Source of the DNA: Octopus bimaculoides
Lineage: Eukaryota
DNA length: 41,502 bases
Assembly (NCBI RefSeq): GCF_001194135.2
Contig: NC_068999.1
Location: forward strand, 17,303,904-17,345,405
Reading direction: 5' to 3'
Part shown: positions 12,138-23,720 of the stretch, one piece after another
How positions within the stretch are numbered: position 1 is the first letter of the stretch
Layout: every line of letters begins with the position of its first letter
Notes under the pieces: model-generated
The model's input: the letters and a program-made list of their open reading frames with translations, nothing else
The model's database searches: none
What the model was told of the DNA's origin: nothing
Program-made: the position numbers and the translations under genes

Positions 12138-12320
12138 CACTTGCTTCATTAGACTGCAGCCATTATGGGACAACGCCTTAAATTTTTCAACGAACGAATC
12201 GACCTCAGTACATAGTTATTCTCAAAACCTGATACTTATTCTATTGGACGCTTCTTCCGAAACGACATGTTATGGGCATGTAAACATATCAACACCGGTT
12301 GCCCGGCGGTGGCGGTGTTA
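12138..12320 (-). mobile_element. SINE family A 3' fragment
   Basis: CATTAGACTGCAGCCAT...GATACTTATTCTATTGG...GTAAACA match the reverse of the 29845-30245 tail half. Confidence 0.65.
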
Positions 12321-12787
12321 GTGCTCTTTGATTCAAAAAGGACCTAAGAAATCTAACACACTGTTCAGTTGTAGAACCGAAATTTTCAGTAGTTATAAGC
12401 ATACAGCTAAGTCCCAGTTGACGAATTGGAAAATGCCACCCTCTCCGGATTGAGCAGCTGTACATCAGACTCCTGGCCACAAACATTCTTGCCATATATT
12501 TTACGGTTAAAAGGTGAAATAAATCTGATTCACCCCATTCTTCTTAGTTTTCCGGTTTTTCATCCTTCCACCTATTGGAACTACTTCTTTCTCGCCCTTT
12601 CTCGCCTTGCATCGCTTTTTCTCTCATTATATCATCGTGTTTTTAGCTTATGTCCTGTGGGCAGTGCTTGAAGATTACGCTGAGAAACCAGACTCGTTAA
12701 AAATTACTGTCGCGAACGCTTTGTTGCATGAAACTAACAGTAGCACATAAAAACATATTGTGTTTATTAAAACATATTTATCTCACT

Positions 12788-12822
<35 letters not shown>

Positions 12823-15800
12823 GAGTAAAAATAAATACCAAAAAAGGGGTTTTCTATGATTTGTATAGAGGAATATATTATTTTATTTAAAAGAGTTCCA
12901 ACTGTCTGTTTTTTATGTTTTATTTATATTCTTGTAAAACTAATGTGGGATATAGAATATGGAATATATAATATATAATATAAAAATGGATGGTACAATG
13001 AAATGAAGTATTGAATGTCTTATTGAATATATGGAATATGTCTTATTGAATATATGAAATATTGAGCGTTCAATATAAAGGATTAAATATATAAAGGTGA
13101 ATACGTATTTTCAATACCTTGTGGTATTTCATCATGGCCAATAGCTTATCTTGAATTTGAGAGAAGTATGTTTCTTCACCTTCTAGTTGTCTTCTAAAAA
13201 AGTGTAGTCCATTAATTTAATAACATAAATATTTTGCCTCTTGTGAGAAGACTTATACATTATTGTATGTGTACCTGTGCTTGTATCTGTATTTGCATAT
13301 GTGTGAGTGCCCCACGCATGATTATACGTCTGTATACATCAGCATCCAGTTTTCTTATTTTACCTTCTATCTTCCACTGCTAACATGTCAACTAACGCCC
13401 GTTTCAACTGTTTTTTCGAGATCTCCCACTTTTCCGTCTGATTGTCTGTCGCTGTGTAAATCTTGCCTGCCGTTTGCCATAGTATGCTCCATCATAACTA
13501 CCATAGACAAATATTTTTTTTATTTTCGATGACATTCTTACTAGTAGATCATATTTTACGTGTAATGTATGTCTTTTTGCGAATACAATTTATTTAATTC
13601 TATTTATACATATTTGTCTTTGGAAATATTTAAAAACTTCTCCATTAAAATTTCTCTTTACGTATTCTTCATTCGCTTGGCGTCTAAATCTTTATGAATA
13701 TGATATCTTGAAGCCACGTCACAGTAAATGTTAACATTCTTAGAATAAGATTGTCAACATCTCTCCATATTTTCTCGTTCTTTTTTAATACTGTTCTACT
13801 CATCAATCATTAGAAATAAACATTAGCTACATGATAACTGTCAGAGCTGTAGAGCAAAATGGATTGTTACGTCAAAATATTACAACAGCAATGTTATAAT
13901 ATCCAGTCTAATCAATTTTGAATTGCTAACGCTAAACATGGTTTAGTGTTAGCAATGGAAAATAAAGCGACGTTTTAGAAGTGACTGTACAGAAAGTACT
14001 ATATTATCAAAGTAGCTATTGCACTGCGGTGAATATATTGTATTGATTTTTATAAGGAAGGAATCTGCTATGATTATGCCACATGAAGGGTTTGTGACAC
14101 TGAAAGATCTACGCAATTAAATACATATGACAGCTACACGAAAAATATGCGTAAAGAATCCCTTTCGGAAAAATATGGATAGTGACAGCCGCAGTCCAAG
14201 CAGACTAGCGTGGGCATGCCTGTTGATACAATATTGGTGATAGGAGGATGACAGACTAGAGAAGGAACTAACTAAATATATACGACACGTGTCCTACCAG
14301 CCCCAAATATCTCTGAGCACGCCAATAACGGTTGACAGAGCAGTGTCAGAATACCGTATATCTCTCGGAAAGACATTAGGCAGTGGCGGGGAGGGATTTC
14401 ATTGCGATAATTTGTGTGACCCGTTTTAGATGCCATATATGTTTACCTATGTGGCAGTAGCATAACCCATCTATAGGAGTAGTACTCTGGTCGTGAACTT
14501 CCACTTGTTTTTTTTTTTTTAAGGTTTGGGGAGCTAAAGTCTTTTCTGATCCTAAAGGTGGGTTCCTCTCTTTGTGACACAGTCTCTGCTCAGTTGGGAA
14601 TGTGTATTTCTATGAGAGTTCATCAGTGATAGGGAGGCATAATATTTGTGATACCCACGGGTAGTTAGGTGCGAACTGATAATATTTAGAGAGAATTATA
14701 CTGAATTAAACAATTATATATTTTCCTCGCTTACACTCATTGTACAAAGCTATAATATTTCCGATGAAGTTTTCACAGTTTGCCTTGATTTCAAATCTCA
14801 CTTCAAGATATTATTGTTAGTGTTGCTGTCCCACGCCTTATTAACCCTGGACAAAAATGCCTGTGTAACCACCCCACCCCAAGTACTTTCTTTCGTTATT
14901 ATCCTTTCATTTTATAGTTAGTGCATTTCGAACTAAGCATTCAATAAGTCCCTCTTCAATCAAGTCGAAGGAGAAGATGGTACAATATCTTGTAGCAAAG
15001 ATGACTCCGCAATTGTCCTCTACTTTGATGTAAAAAAAAAAAACTCACTACCCACAATATATTACAGTATATCAACATAACAGTTCCCCATTCCTAAAGA
15101 TAAGTCGCATTTTCGGTGATAAATCACTAAGAACACATACAAAAATTTCAGTTAGATAAGTACTTTATGTTTCTCTCTTCCTCTCTCTCTCTATACATAT
15201 ATGTTTAATTTTCAAAATATTTTCAAACACCATAATTCTCTCCATCACAATTATTCTTGTCAAGATCTTTAATTGTATATACTAATGGTTAATGAGTCAG
15301 ACCATTTAAACGATCGACTTTTGGCAAAATTCATAATGACAGCTGCATCTGTCTTATATTCACACGAGATCAAACAATGTTTAGAATATATTTCATATAT
15401 CGATTTGTTTCATATTGGTTCGAAGCCATACAGTTATAGACAAACGATAGAGTTAATTAAATCGATCTCATTATATGATTGCTATATAAATTATCTTGAG
15501 TAGAAGAAGATGAACACAGAACATTGAAAGACAAGGAATTTCGTATCCACCATTTAATCACACTATAATATATTTTGAAGTGATCTCAAGTAGAAAGCTA
15601 TGTGATTATAGAAAAAAAGAGTCAAATTTCTCAAGCAGTACCTTAGAGAATTAAACTTCTACATGATTATTACGGATGGAACATCATAATAAGGTGTTAT
15701 GGGTTAAAAGTATTTCGGTAGTAAGCAACAATAACAGCGGTAACAACAGTAGAAACATCTGCGGATCTGAAATATAGATTTTGCCTTCGAATTGGAAGTA

Positions 15801-17147
15801 ATCTGAACACAACTTGAAAGTTATTTCAAAGAAAATCTGTGCCATCTAATATAATTCTGTTCTGATGTCTGTGTTAAATATTTAACTTTTATTTTGTAAG
15901 TATTATAATGATTTCTGATGTAGACATACGAATGGACATTTGGAGTTGGGAGAAGTCGATCATGTAACATTGAGTACATGACTGATAGCCTTTTTTTTTA
16001 TGTGTATGCCTGTGGGTCATCCGTTGAAGGAAATGCAAGGCAATTCTATCTTCGATTTGCACCCAGAAAGTAAAGAGTAATAACTAAATTCAGCAAAACA
16101 CTTTTTCGGAGGTCTAACTGTCCCTACATGAAAGTATATTAACTATTTCTCTCTCAGACACAGTCTCTAAAATTTTGTGTTGTAGGAAATCAAACTGGAC
16201 ATGAACTAGGAAGTTTATCACGTATACATTAAACATGTTCTTGTTGATAATTACATTGGTACACTTAGCTTAGAAATAAACATTTTCTTCGCCGAAAAAC
16301 AGTCAAGTTATATGTTCGAATCAAATAGACACGCCTAATGACGAAAGAAAATTAAGCCTATGGGAACGCAATGTTTAAATAAGTTTACGTTAAAAAGTAA
16401 GCTAGTATTCTAAAAAACAATTTAGTGAAAGGAAATGGATATAATTTCAACAGGTAATTGAAAATGGTTCTTAGATTTTAAATATTACAAGCTGACAGTA
16501 AAGTAATCTGTAAACTTTAATGTTAGAAAAAAGAAAGAAAGAAAGAAGAAAAAAGAAAACAGCTAATCGGAAATATTGCAGCGTATTTTACAGACATTCT
16601 AATTAACTCTGGCTGGGAACGGAAAATGGTTCACTGAGTGAAACTATTACTGAGATAACTCATTACGTATAACAATTTATATTTAATATTTTTATATTAG
16701 AAAAAGTGAAATTAAGAAATTTATAAATTTTCCAATCACCGAAGCAGAGGAAATGAAGAGAAATTCCATCAGCATAGATTCGATACGGTTGTTCAGTCAA
16801 CATAAGTTTGGAAAAATACTTGCTGTCCTACGGGGCTATAACAATTATATCATATAAGACAAATTAAAATTACAATAATACAAATTCAGTAGCATCATAT
16901 CTAGATAAACATTTTATCTAAGATTATAGCAGATAGTAACGTTTGCCTGCAGCGAAGAGCTATTTATTTTTCAGAATCATAATGATCTTTGAACCAAATT
17001 ATGGCGTTTCTCGACTATGAATGTTATATTCAGACATTCCAAAATCAACATATTGAATATAAAATACATAAGAATGTGTAAACTTCAGCAAAATGTAATG
17101 ACCGAAACAGGGGAAACACTTTTTATATTTCCCCAAGACATTATTGT

Positions 17148-17670
17148 ATTGGTTTATTGATATATTTTATTTAGTTTATATCGCCATTGGTTAATAATGG
17201 CGTCGGCTGTAACAGTAAATATTTCAAGGTAATGTTGACGCTGCGAGAGAGAAAGGTGCAGCTGAAAGAAAATCAAAATGATAAGGACATATCACTGAAT
17301 TTTGAGGGGCGTGATTAGACTTTATCAACCTAACTTACAATCATATTGAACATCACCAGATACAAAAATTGGCAATGAAAAGTTTTGCAGTGTTTTTTTG
17401 CTAGATGATGAAATATATTATAGCATGTTAATATATAGAATATGAAGTACAGTAGAGGGCAAGGTAAATTAGTGTCGAAACATAACGTGAAATGACGTAC
17501 CTTCAACACCCAATGTGAGTCACTCTATGTGTTCACACGAACTGCTAATATTGTTGGCAGGAAGTGCCACAACACGTGATTTCACCCTTTATTGGGTTTG
17601 ACAATGACAGACGACCAGCGAAGACATAGACATGAGTAGTGACTATTATCAGGAATCTAGTGCGCATGAA
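17148..17670. promoter_or_regulatory. Promoter/enhancer-like motif cluster
   Basis: ATTGG at 17148 and 17186, CGCCATT/AATGGCG inverted pair (17182-17202), GGGGCGTG 17306, TGACGT 17493, TGAGTCA 17516, CAGGAAGT 17558, CACGTG 17573, TGCGCATG ~17661. Confidence 0.3.
17197..17228 (+). CDS. Candidate first coding exon (MASAVTVNIS, phase-2 donor)
   Basis: ataATGGCG start context followed by AAG|GTAATG donor; two ATTGG (CCAAT) boxes just upstream; regulatory motif cluster downstream. Short, so it could be chance. Confidence 0.22.
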
Positions 17671-18359
17671 TATATTTGGTTAACTGGGGTTGTACGAACA
17701 GTGATAGAACATAAATGACCTGCTGTAACTTATATGTATCGACTTTTTTCCAGGAATTTTAAAATAGCTGATTTAGTTTGTAATTATATGTACATATAAG
17801 TATGACTGGCTGTTACTGTGTCTATGTATGTATGCACACACAGACACATACATGAATGCACACGCACATATATGAACGTAGACACATAACACAATTTAAG
17901 ACATACGTTATATAGCTGGACACATACACACATGTGTGTAAGTACATGCTATTTTGCCTCAAAATATTTGATTGATACATACATGTATCTAATATACTGC
18001 AGTTGATCTCATTACCATGTTACACGTAATTGGGAGACTTCCAAACTATTTTAACGGATCAGAGATATTTACAGTAATATAATGAAATATCGATCGGAAT
18101 TGCTTAAGTTCATATTTCATCGTCGAAATTATTCTCTCAATTGCCACATCATTCTATTAGAACAGAGCTTTTATCACCCAATACGCATTCACCATCTCAC
18201 GATCAACGCACACTTCTAAATTTACAAATGAAGCACAGCCTTCCCTAACATAATTACTATTGCATATAATAAGCTGAAATATAAAATAATATAAAGTTAT
18301 ACAGCTCTGTTGATTGGACTGCCTATAACGAAACAATGTATCTTAGCACTTTTCCTCAT

Positions 18360-18430
18360 ATACTCTTTTAGTCTTTTACTGGTTTCAGTCATAAGCATGC
18401 GACCAAAGTATGGCAACCGCTTTAAGGGTT
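18360..18430 (-). mobile_element. SINE family A tail fragment
   Basis: TACTCTTTTAGTCTTTTACTGGTTTCAGTCAT is the reverse of the ACCGAAACAAGTAAAAGAGTAAAAGAGTA tail at ~30214-30242. Confidence 0.7.
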
Positions 18431-18477
18431 TACTCGTTCAAAACAATACCGGTATGTATTATTCGAAGCCTGTAGTT

Positions 18478-18687
18478 ACTCAAATAAGTGTAGGATATTT
18501 ACCCCACCATGGACAATAATCACCACAAGGACAATTACCCCTGAGGACAACAGATGATGATTTAAAACTTCGTAATATATTTGAGAGGGGGTAATTAAAC
18601 AAGGGGGTGTAATTTCCTAGGGGATAGTTGTCGTCGGGGGTAATTGTCCCCGGGGAGGAAGTAATTGTTCTGAGACGACTCAAATAA
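18478..18687. mobile_element. Foldback MITE, possibly Mutator/MULE-like
   Basis: ACTCAAATAA direct repeat at 18478-18487 and 18678-18687; internal 23-bp inverted repeat GGACAATTACCCCYGASGACAAC (18529-18551 vs 18627-18649, 2 mismatches). Confidence 0.6.
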
Positions 18688-19289
18688 TATCTCTGTGTGT
18701 AACTTCAAATATACAGCGGCAGAATGACACAGTGCCTGTTGTCGAACAGCGAAAGATATACGAGTCTAGAACATTCCCCCCCCCACCATGACAATAACCC
18801 CCAAAGCATGCATACACTACCCTTATGTATATAGGTGTAGGTGTGTGTGTGTGTGTGTTGTGGACCTCAGCAAAGTATTTGTGTAAGAAATTCACTGAAA
18901 ATTCATTGGCCTATTTGGAGCTGTAATGGAGAGAATTGGTCAATTTGTCTCGTCAGGTATGTTTTCCCTCAAACGTATCTAAATTCATTGAGTCTGCACA
19001 AAAAAGTTGTATCACTTGTTACAATTTTCCAGGGTCAACCTCTATTTTACATTACTTTCGATGGTATGTTTGGCAAGATGTTGCTTCTATCCATCCATCC
19101 ATCCATCCGTCTATCTGTCTATCTATCTATCTTATATTTAGTTATCTTGTACTAGATATAAGCCAAAGTCTGTGGGATGATTGCTTCATCTGTAGACCGA
19201 AATAGTAGAGATCATATACACCAGACGTTTATATGCACCATACTGTAACATTCTTTTGCTACAGAAACTGAACGGGAGGTAGTAAGAAT

Positions 19290-19835
19290 TGATAACATCA
19301 AAATCGAACGAAAGTATGTAATGCTAACAATAAATGATATACACACAAACTCAGCCGCTGACCCTGATGGATTCCCGGCAATCCTTAATCATGCAAACGA
19401 GACCTTGCAAAACCATTGCAGCTACTTTTAAAGAGCATCCTCGCAAGTGGTAAGCTCCAGGAAAAAAATTAAAGGAAGGAATAATATGTACTATCCACAA
19501 AGGAGGAAGCAGAGCCGATGCTACAAGCTATATGCTTATCTATCTATCTGACCTCACACATCAGCAATGTCATGGAACGAATAGTCCGAAGATAATTGCA
19601 TGCCTTCAAGAGAATGACTTGCTAACTGAAACCCAGCATGTTTTAAAACTTGGTAGAAATTACCTGACACAGTTCTTGCAGCATTATGACTGAATGGTAA
19701 AGCAGTTGCTCAACAACTCAAATAGGGACGTGATGTAACTCAACTTTGCAAAACCCTTTGTCAAATTCGACCATGGCTTGATTTCTCACAAGCTTAGAAA
19801 TCTCCGCATATTTGGAAAACTTGGAGATTATATAT
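19290..19835 (+). mobile_element. CR1-clade LINE reverse-transcriptase fragment (decayed, interrupted by a gap)
   Basis: Frameshifted translation gives NSAADPDGFPAI...IHKGGSRADA...SHISNVMERIVR...ENDLLTETQH...LTQFLQHYD*...LNFAKPFVKFDHGLISHKLR, matching CR1/L2 RT motifs (GPDG, QHGF, LDF.KAFD.V.H). Confidence 0.88.
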
Positions 19836-19882
19836 NNNNNNNNNNNNNNNNNNNNNNNNNNNNNNNNNNNNNNNNNNNNNNN
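19836..19882. other. Assembly gap (47 N)
   Basis: N run flanked by (TA)n. Confidence 0.99.
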
Positions 19883-21356
19883 ATATATATATATATATAT
19901 ATATATATACCAAATTTAAAGGTTGGCTTATCAGCAATGAGAACCTACAGGCAAAATTTATAGAGATCAAAAAAGTATAGTGCTTTAGTGGCTTTTGAGT
20001 TCATTTAACTCTTATCTTAGCATAAACGGTGCTAGTCAGTACATTCCGTCTCTTTTGTGACCTCTCTCTCTCTCTTCTTTTCTCTCATTCTCCTCCCTCT
20101 CTCTCTGTATCTATTTATATACCCATCTATCTATCCATCTGTTTGTCTGAATATTTGTCTGTATTTGATAATCTATATTATAGCGATGTCACTATTAAGC
20201 AATACTACGACGTATACCCATTCACCTCAGCTTTTCAGTTGTTTTGCGGTTCCTTTTATGTTCTGTTCTCTACTACTTCTCCCTCCCTCTCATATAACTT
20301 CAGTTTCCTCTGTCTTTCTTACTTTCACTTATCCTAATTAATGTTGAAGTGGTATTATACGTCAAGCTACTTCAACAACCAGTTGAATCACAGGCATTCC
20401 ACTTCGTTCTTCTGGCACAAAATTCATAACAATATTTATATAAAATTATTTGTGTGTAGTGTACTTAAAACATACATCAATGTTGTTTTCTCAAAGATCA
20501 TCTGAGAATACAGTTTATATTCTGAACTTCTCCAAGTTCATTTGAGTATATAACGAAAATACAATTTGGTATGATTAAAGAGCTAATATGCACCGCCGAG
20601 AAATATGCTTCTCTCGTGTAACACCTGATATTTAGTACTAAATTTAGCAGTTTATTTACATACTCACAAATGTGAACATTTCAAAAGAACATGCACCCCA
20701 GAAATATTTTAAATAGTAAAATACGTATTCGAATAAATATATTTAAATAAAATGGTAACATGTATTTAGCAAATAAATTGAGGCTGTTGTTTAAACCCAT
20801 GGAAATACTGATCAAGTAGATAAACTATACAGTAGCAAAGAACATTTCATCGTTAGTGTTTAAAACAAAAGGTCGAGAGATTTAGCAGCTATAAATAGAA
20901 AGATGTGCGAGAAAGTAGAAGTTCTCTTGCTGAACTGAAATTATTTTTGTATTTCTTTCGATGAATGCCCTGATCTAAGAGACCTGATTTAAGCTTCGAA
21001 ATATTACCCATATATATCTGGACATACTGCATCTATAATTTGATGATCTGATGGGATCACTAAATCGAGCAGGCTGGCCGATAATATACTGGTCATTTAA
21101 TGGTGGTTCAACTCATCAGTATTATATAATTCACGTACGCTTCACTACATTGCGTTTCATACTTCTAATTTTCGATTGGTTATTAATTATCAACATTGAT
21201 TTGTCTCAGGTGCAGGTGTTGTCTCTATATCATTGTAGTGGGTCCCAGGCAAACGTCATACACACTACAGCTGTATAAGATATATATTAACTTCCTTCAG
21301 TCATAAAGCAACAAATATTTTGTAGGAGAGGTACAACAACTGTCGCTAATTCCAAC

Positions 21357-21360
<4 letters not shown>

Positions 21361-21411
<51 letters not shown>
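21361..21411. repeat. (GT)n microsatellite abutting the mariner left end
   Basis: Direct reading. Confidence 0.95.
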
Positions 21412-21413
<2 letters not shown>

Positions 21414-21414
<1 letters not shown>

Positions 21415-22686
21415 TGGGGCATCCCATAAATAGAGCTGTTATTTTCAATTGAATGAAATAAAAGTCGGAGGGCGATGGGATAAACTACCAACATCACATT
21501 GGATTGCAATGAAAGCAGGTATTATTTTCACCTTGTCCTTGTTCTTAGTGCAAGTTTTGAAGAGTGCAGTTCGATGTTAACTAAAGCTAGAATGGAAGTT
21601 ACAAAGGAGCGTATTCGGCATATTTGTTTTATGAGTTCAATAAAGGCAACGACGCAACGGAAAGTGCGAGGAATATTAATGCAGTATACGGAGATCGGAC
21701 AATAAGCGTAAGCCAATGCCAACGGTGGTTGCAGAAACTCCAATCTACTGCCCAGAAGACGAGCCTCGTCCTGGAAGATCTGTAGAGTCCGACTAGGCCA
21801 TCCTGCTAACCCTGGTGGAACGAAATACCTTCGTAACTGTTGAGGGACTAGCAGAGAAGCTTGGATTTGGACATTTAACTAGTCATCGATACTTGCATGG
21901 CATCGGGAAAGTCAATAAAATTGGATCAATATGTTCTTCACAAACTTTCCGAGTCAAATCGTGCGCAGAGAGTGAATGTGTGCTCTTCTGTGCTGTCACG
22001 TCTCACGAATGAACAATTTTTGAACCGAATAGTGACTAGTGACGGGAATGCATTCTCTATAACAATGTGAAGCGCCGAAGACAGTGGATAAGGAAAGGAA
22101 AAACACCGGCACCCCAGGCTGAAGAAGGTCTTCACACACGTAAGGTCTTGTTATCTCTTTGGTGGGATATGAATGGTTTAGTCCACTTTGAACTTTTAAA
22201 CCGAAAGCAAACATTAATAAAAGAGATCGACTAGTAACAGTTTGAGCGACTTAAGTCAGCGCTAGAGAGAAAAGCGACTATCTTTGGTCTGAAGACGAAA
22301 GGAGTCCTTCCATCAAGATAATGCTCGGCCACATACATCGAAGATGACATTCCAAAGGCTGGAGCGGTTAGAATGGGAAGCAATGCCCCACCCACCTTAT
22401 TCGACGAACATTGCCTCATCTGATTATCATTTATTCCGCTTTTCTTCAAAATCATTTGGACGGAAAAACTATGAATTCTATAGACTAGGTCAGAAGTGTA
22501 CTGGAGAAGTACTTTTCGTTACCGACGAGTGAATTTTGGGAGAGGAGCCTTGCAAGTCTACCACACAAGGGGAAAACTATTGTAGAAAACAGAGGACACT
22601 ATATTTTAGATTCAAAAAAGACATTTGTTTATGTTAACTTTGAAAAATAAGAGCATAAAATACGCGTTATTTGTGTGATGACCCAA
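21414..22686 (+). mobile_element. Full-length (1273 bp) mariner DNA transposon, D,D34D, decayed
   Basis: TIRs TTGGGKCATCMCAYAAATA with TA on both sides (21412-13, 22687-88). Typical mariner length. Transposase motifs listed in the next feature. Confidence 0.95.
21592..22612 (+). pseudogene. Mariner transposase pseudogene
   Basis: Starts MEVTKERIRH; frameshifted YEFNKGNDATESARNINAVYG; EDEPRPGR; HQDNARPH...HPPYSTNIASSDYHLF with exactly 34 residues between the 2nd and 3rd catalytic Asp; multiple stops and frameshifts. Confidence 0.92.
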
Positions 22687-22693
22687 TATATAT

Positions 22694-22724
<31 letters not shown>

Positions 22725-22725
<1 letters not shown>

Positions 22726-23066
22726 TAATCACCCAGCTTCGGCCATGAATGACCATGGGGTTGCACGTACAAAGTTCCCCTCCAAGTCACAAGACCCAGC
22801 AAGGATGTTTTATGGAAGGCCAGCAATTTACCCATGCATACCAGCCTCTCCTGTCTACGCTACCGATTTTATCCAAAGAGAAAGGCAAACGCCGACATAC
22901 CTTGGCACCAGGACCGTCACAATTAATTTCTACAGCTGAGTGAATTGGAGCAACATGAAATAAAGTGTCTTGCTCAAGAACACAACATACTGCCCGGTCA
23001 GGAAATCGAACCCACTACCTGACAATTGTGATCACGACGGTGTAACTATTGGGCCATGCGCCTTCA
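22725..23066 (-). mobile_element. tRNA-derived SINE, family C
   Basis: Reverse head GTGAAGGCGCATGGCCCAATAGTTA...GGGTTCGATTTCC (A/B-box-like); body CAGCTGAGTGAA.TGGAGC...AAGTGTCTTGC is shared with 33503-33783. Confidence 0.85.
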
Positions 23067-23076
23067 CAAACGCATA

Positions 23077-23077
<1 letters not shown>

Positions 23078-23128
<51 letters not shown>
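23078..23128. repeat. (GT)n microsatellite
   Basis: Direct reading. Confidence 0.95.
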
Positions 23129-23131
<3 letters not shown>

Positions 23132-23499
23132 CAGGCATAATCACCAGCAACAATATTTCAACTTGGACTTTAGGAGGAGACAACAAAGTGCTGTGAAATT
23201 GACACCATACCAATTTCTGCCATCTACGGAGCTTCTACATGGTCACTAGATACGATAAAATTCGCAACCAAAATTCCTAATTTCACTCCACTGATTAGGA
23301 AAGAAAACATATTTGGAAGTTTGATCCTGCGAAAGGGATGGGGAAAGTACGGCCGGAATGTCATTTGTCATTGATTTGCTCAATGGAGTTGTAGTTGCTA
23401 CTTCAGTTAGATGTATAACGTGCATTTTTTTTTGTTTTGATTTGGTCGCTTATTCAATCCAGAGCCGAAGCTTTGTCTGCTATCTTTAAAAGAATTATG

Positions 23500-23720
23500 A
23501 TGTGTATTTTAGAACTGACTGCTATTTTCTATCAAACATATAAGCGTGTATTTTGTATTTTACTATTGGAGTATGTATGTATTTTTATGTTTTATTATTA
23601 GAGTATGTACTTTCAAGTTTTACTGCTATTTCTGTCAGAACTGTAGAGCGTATTTCTGGTTTGGCTGTTATTTTGTATAGAGTGTATTCAGACTTTGACT
23701 GCTATTTCTAGCAGATATAT
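23500..23720. repeat. Old degenerate tandem repeat (recurring ACTGCTATTT and AGTATGTA motifs)
   Basis: ACTGCTATTT at 23518, 23622, 23698; GAGTATGTA twice. Confidence 0.5.

Noticed and set aside
11766-12152. 128-aa ORF rich in T/I/L resembling a membrane protein
   Set aside because: Built from degenerate CAT/CAC/CTT trinucleotide runs.
13340-13530. Minus-strand MSSKIKKIFVYGSYDGAYYGKR..., resembling an amidated neuropeptide cleavage site (G-KR)
   Set aside because: No signal peptide, only 43 codons, a single motif, no supporting splice structure.
14918-15029. Plus-strand acceptor with long polypyrimidine tract and open frame SAFRTKHSISPSSIKSKEKM
   Set aside because: Donors are weak (GTACAA, GTAAAA) and no partner exon or homology is recognisable.
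15273-15503. 76-aa complex ORF (LMVNESDHLNDRLLAKF...)
   Set aside because: Begins directly after a stop with a non-ATG codon, no in-frame acceptor, and its length is within chance expectation.
16000-16080. PAS-domain-like snippet GHPLKEMQGNSIFDLHPE
   Set aside because: One residue short of the usual G.SI.D.IHP.D spacing, only 26 codons between ATG and stop, weak AAG acceptor, and no other bHLH-PAS exons seen.
18310-18519. Signal-peptide-like ORF (CILALFLIYSFSLLLVSVISMRPKYG) with an apparent acceptor and donor
   Set aside because: The hydrophobic part is the reversed SINE family A tail (TACTCTTTTA...TTTCAGTCAT).
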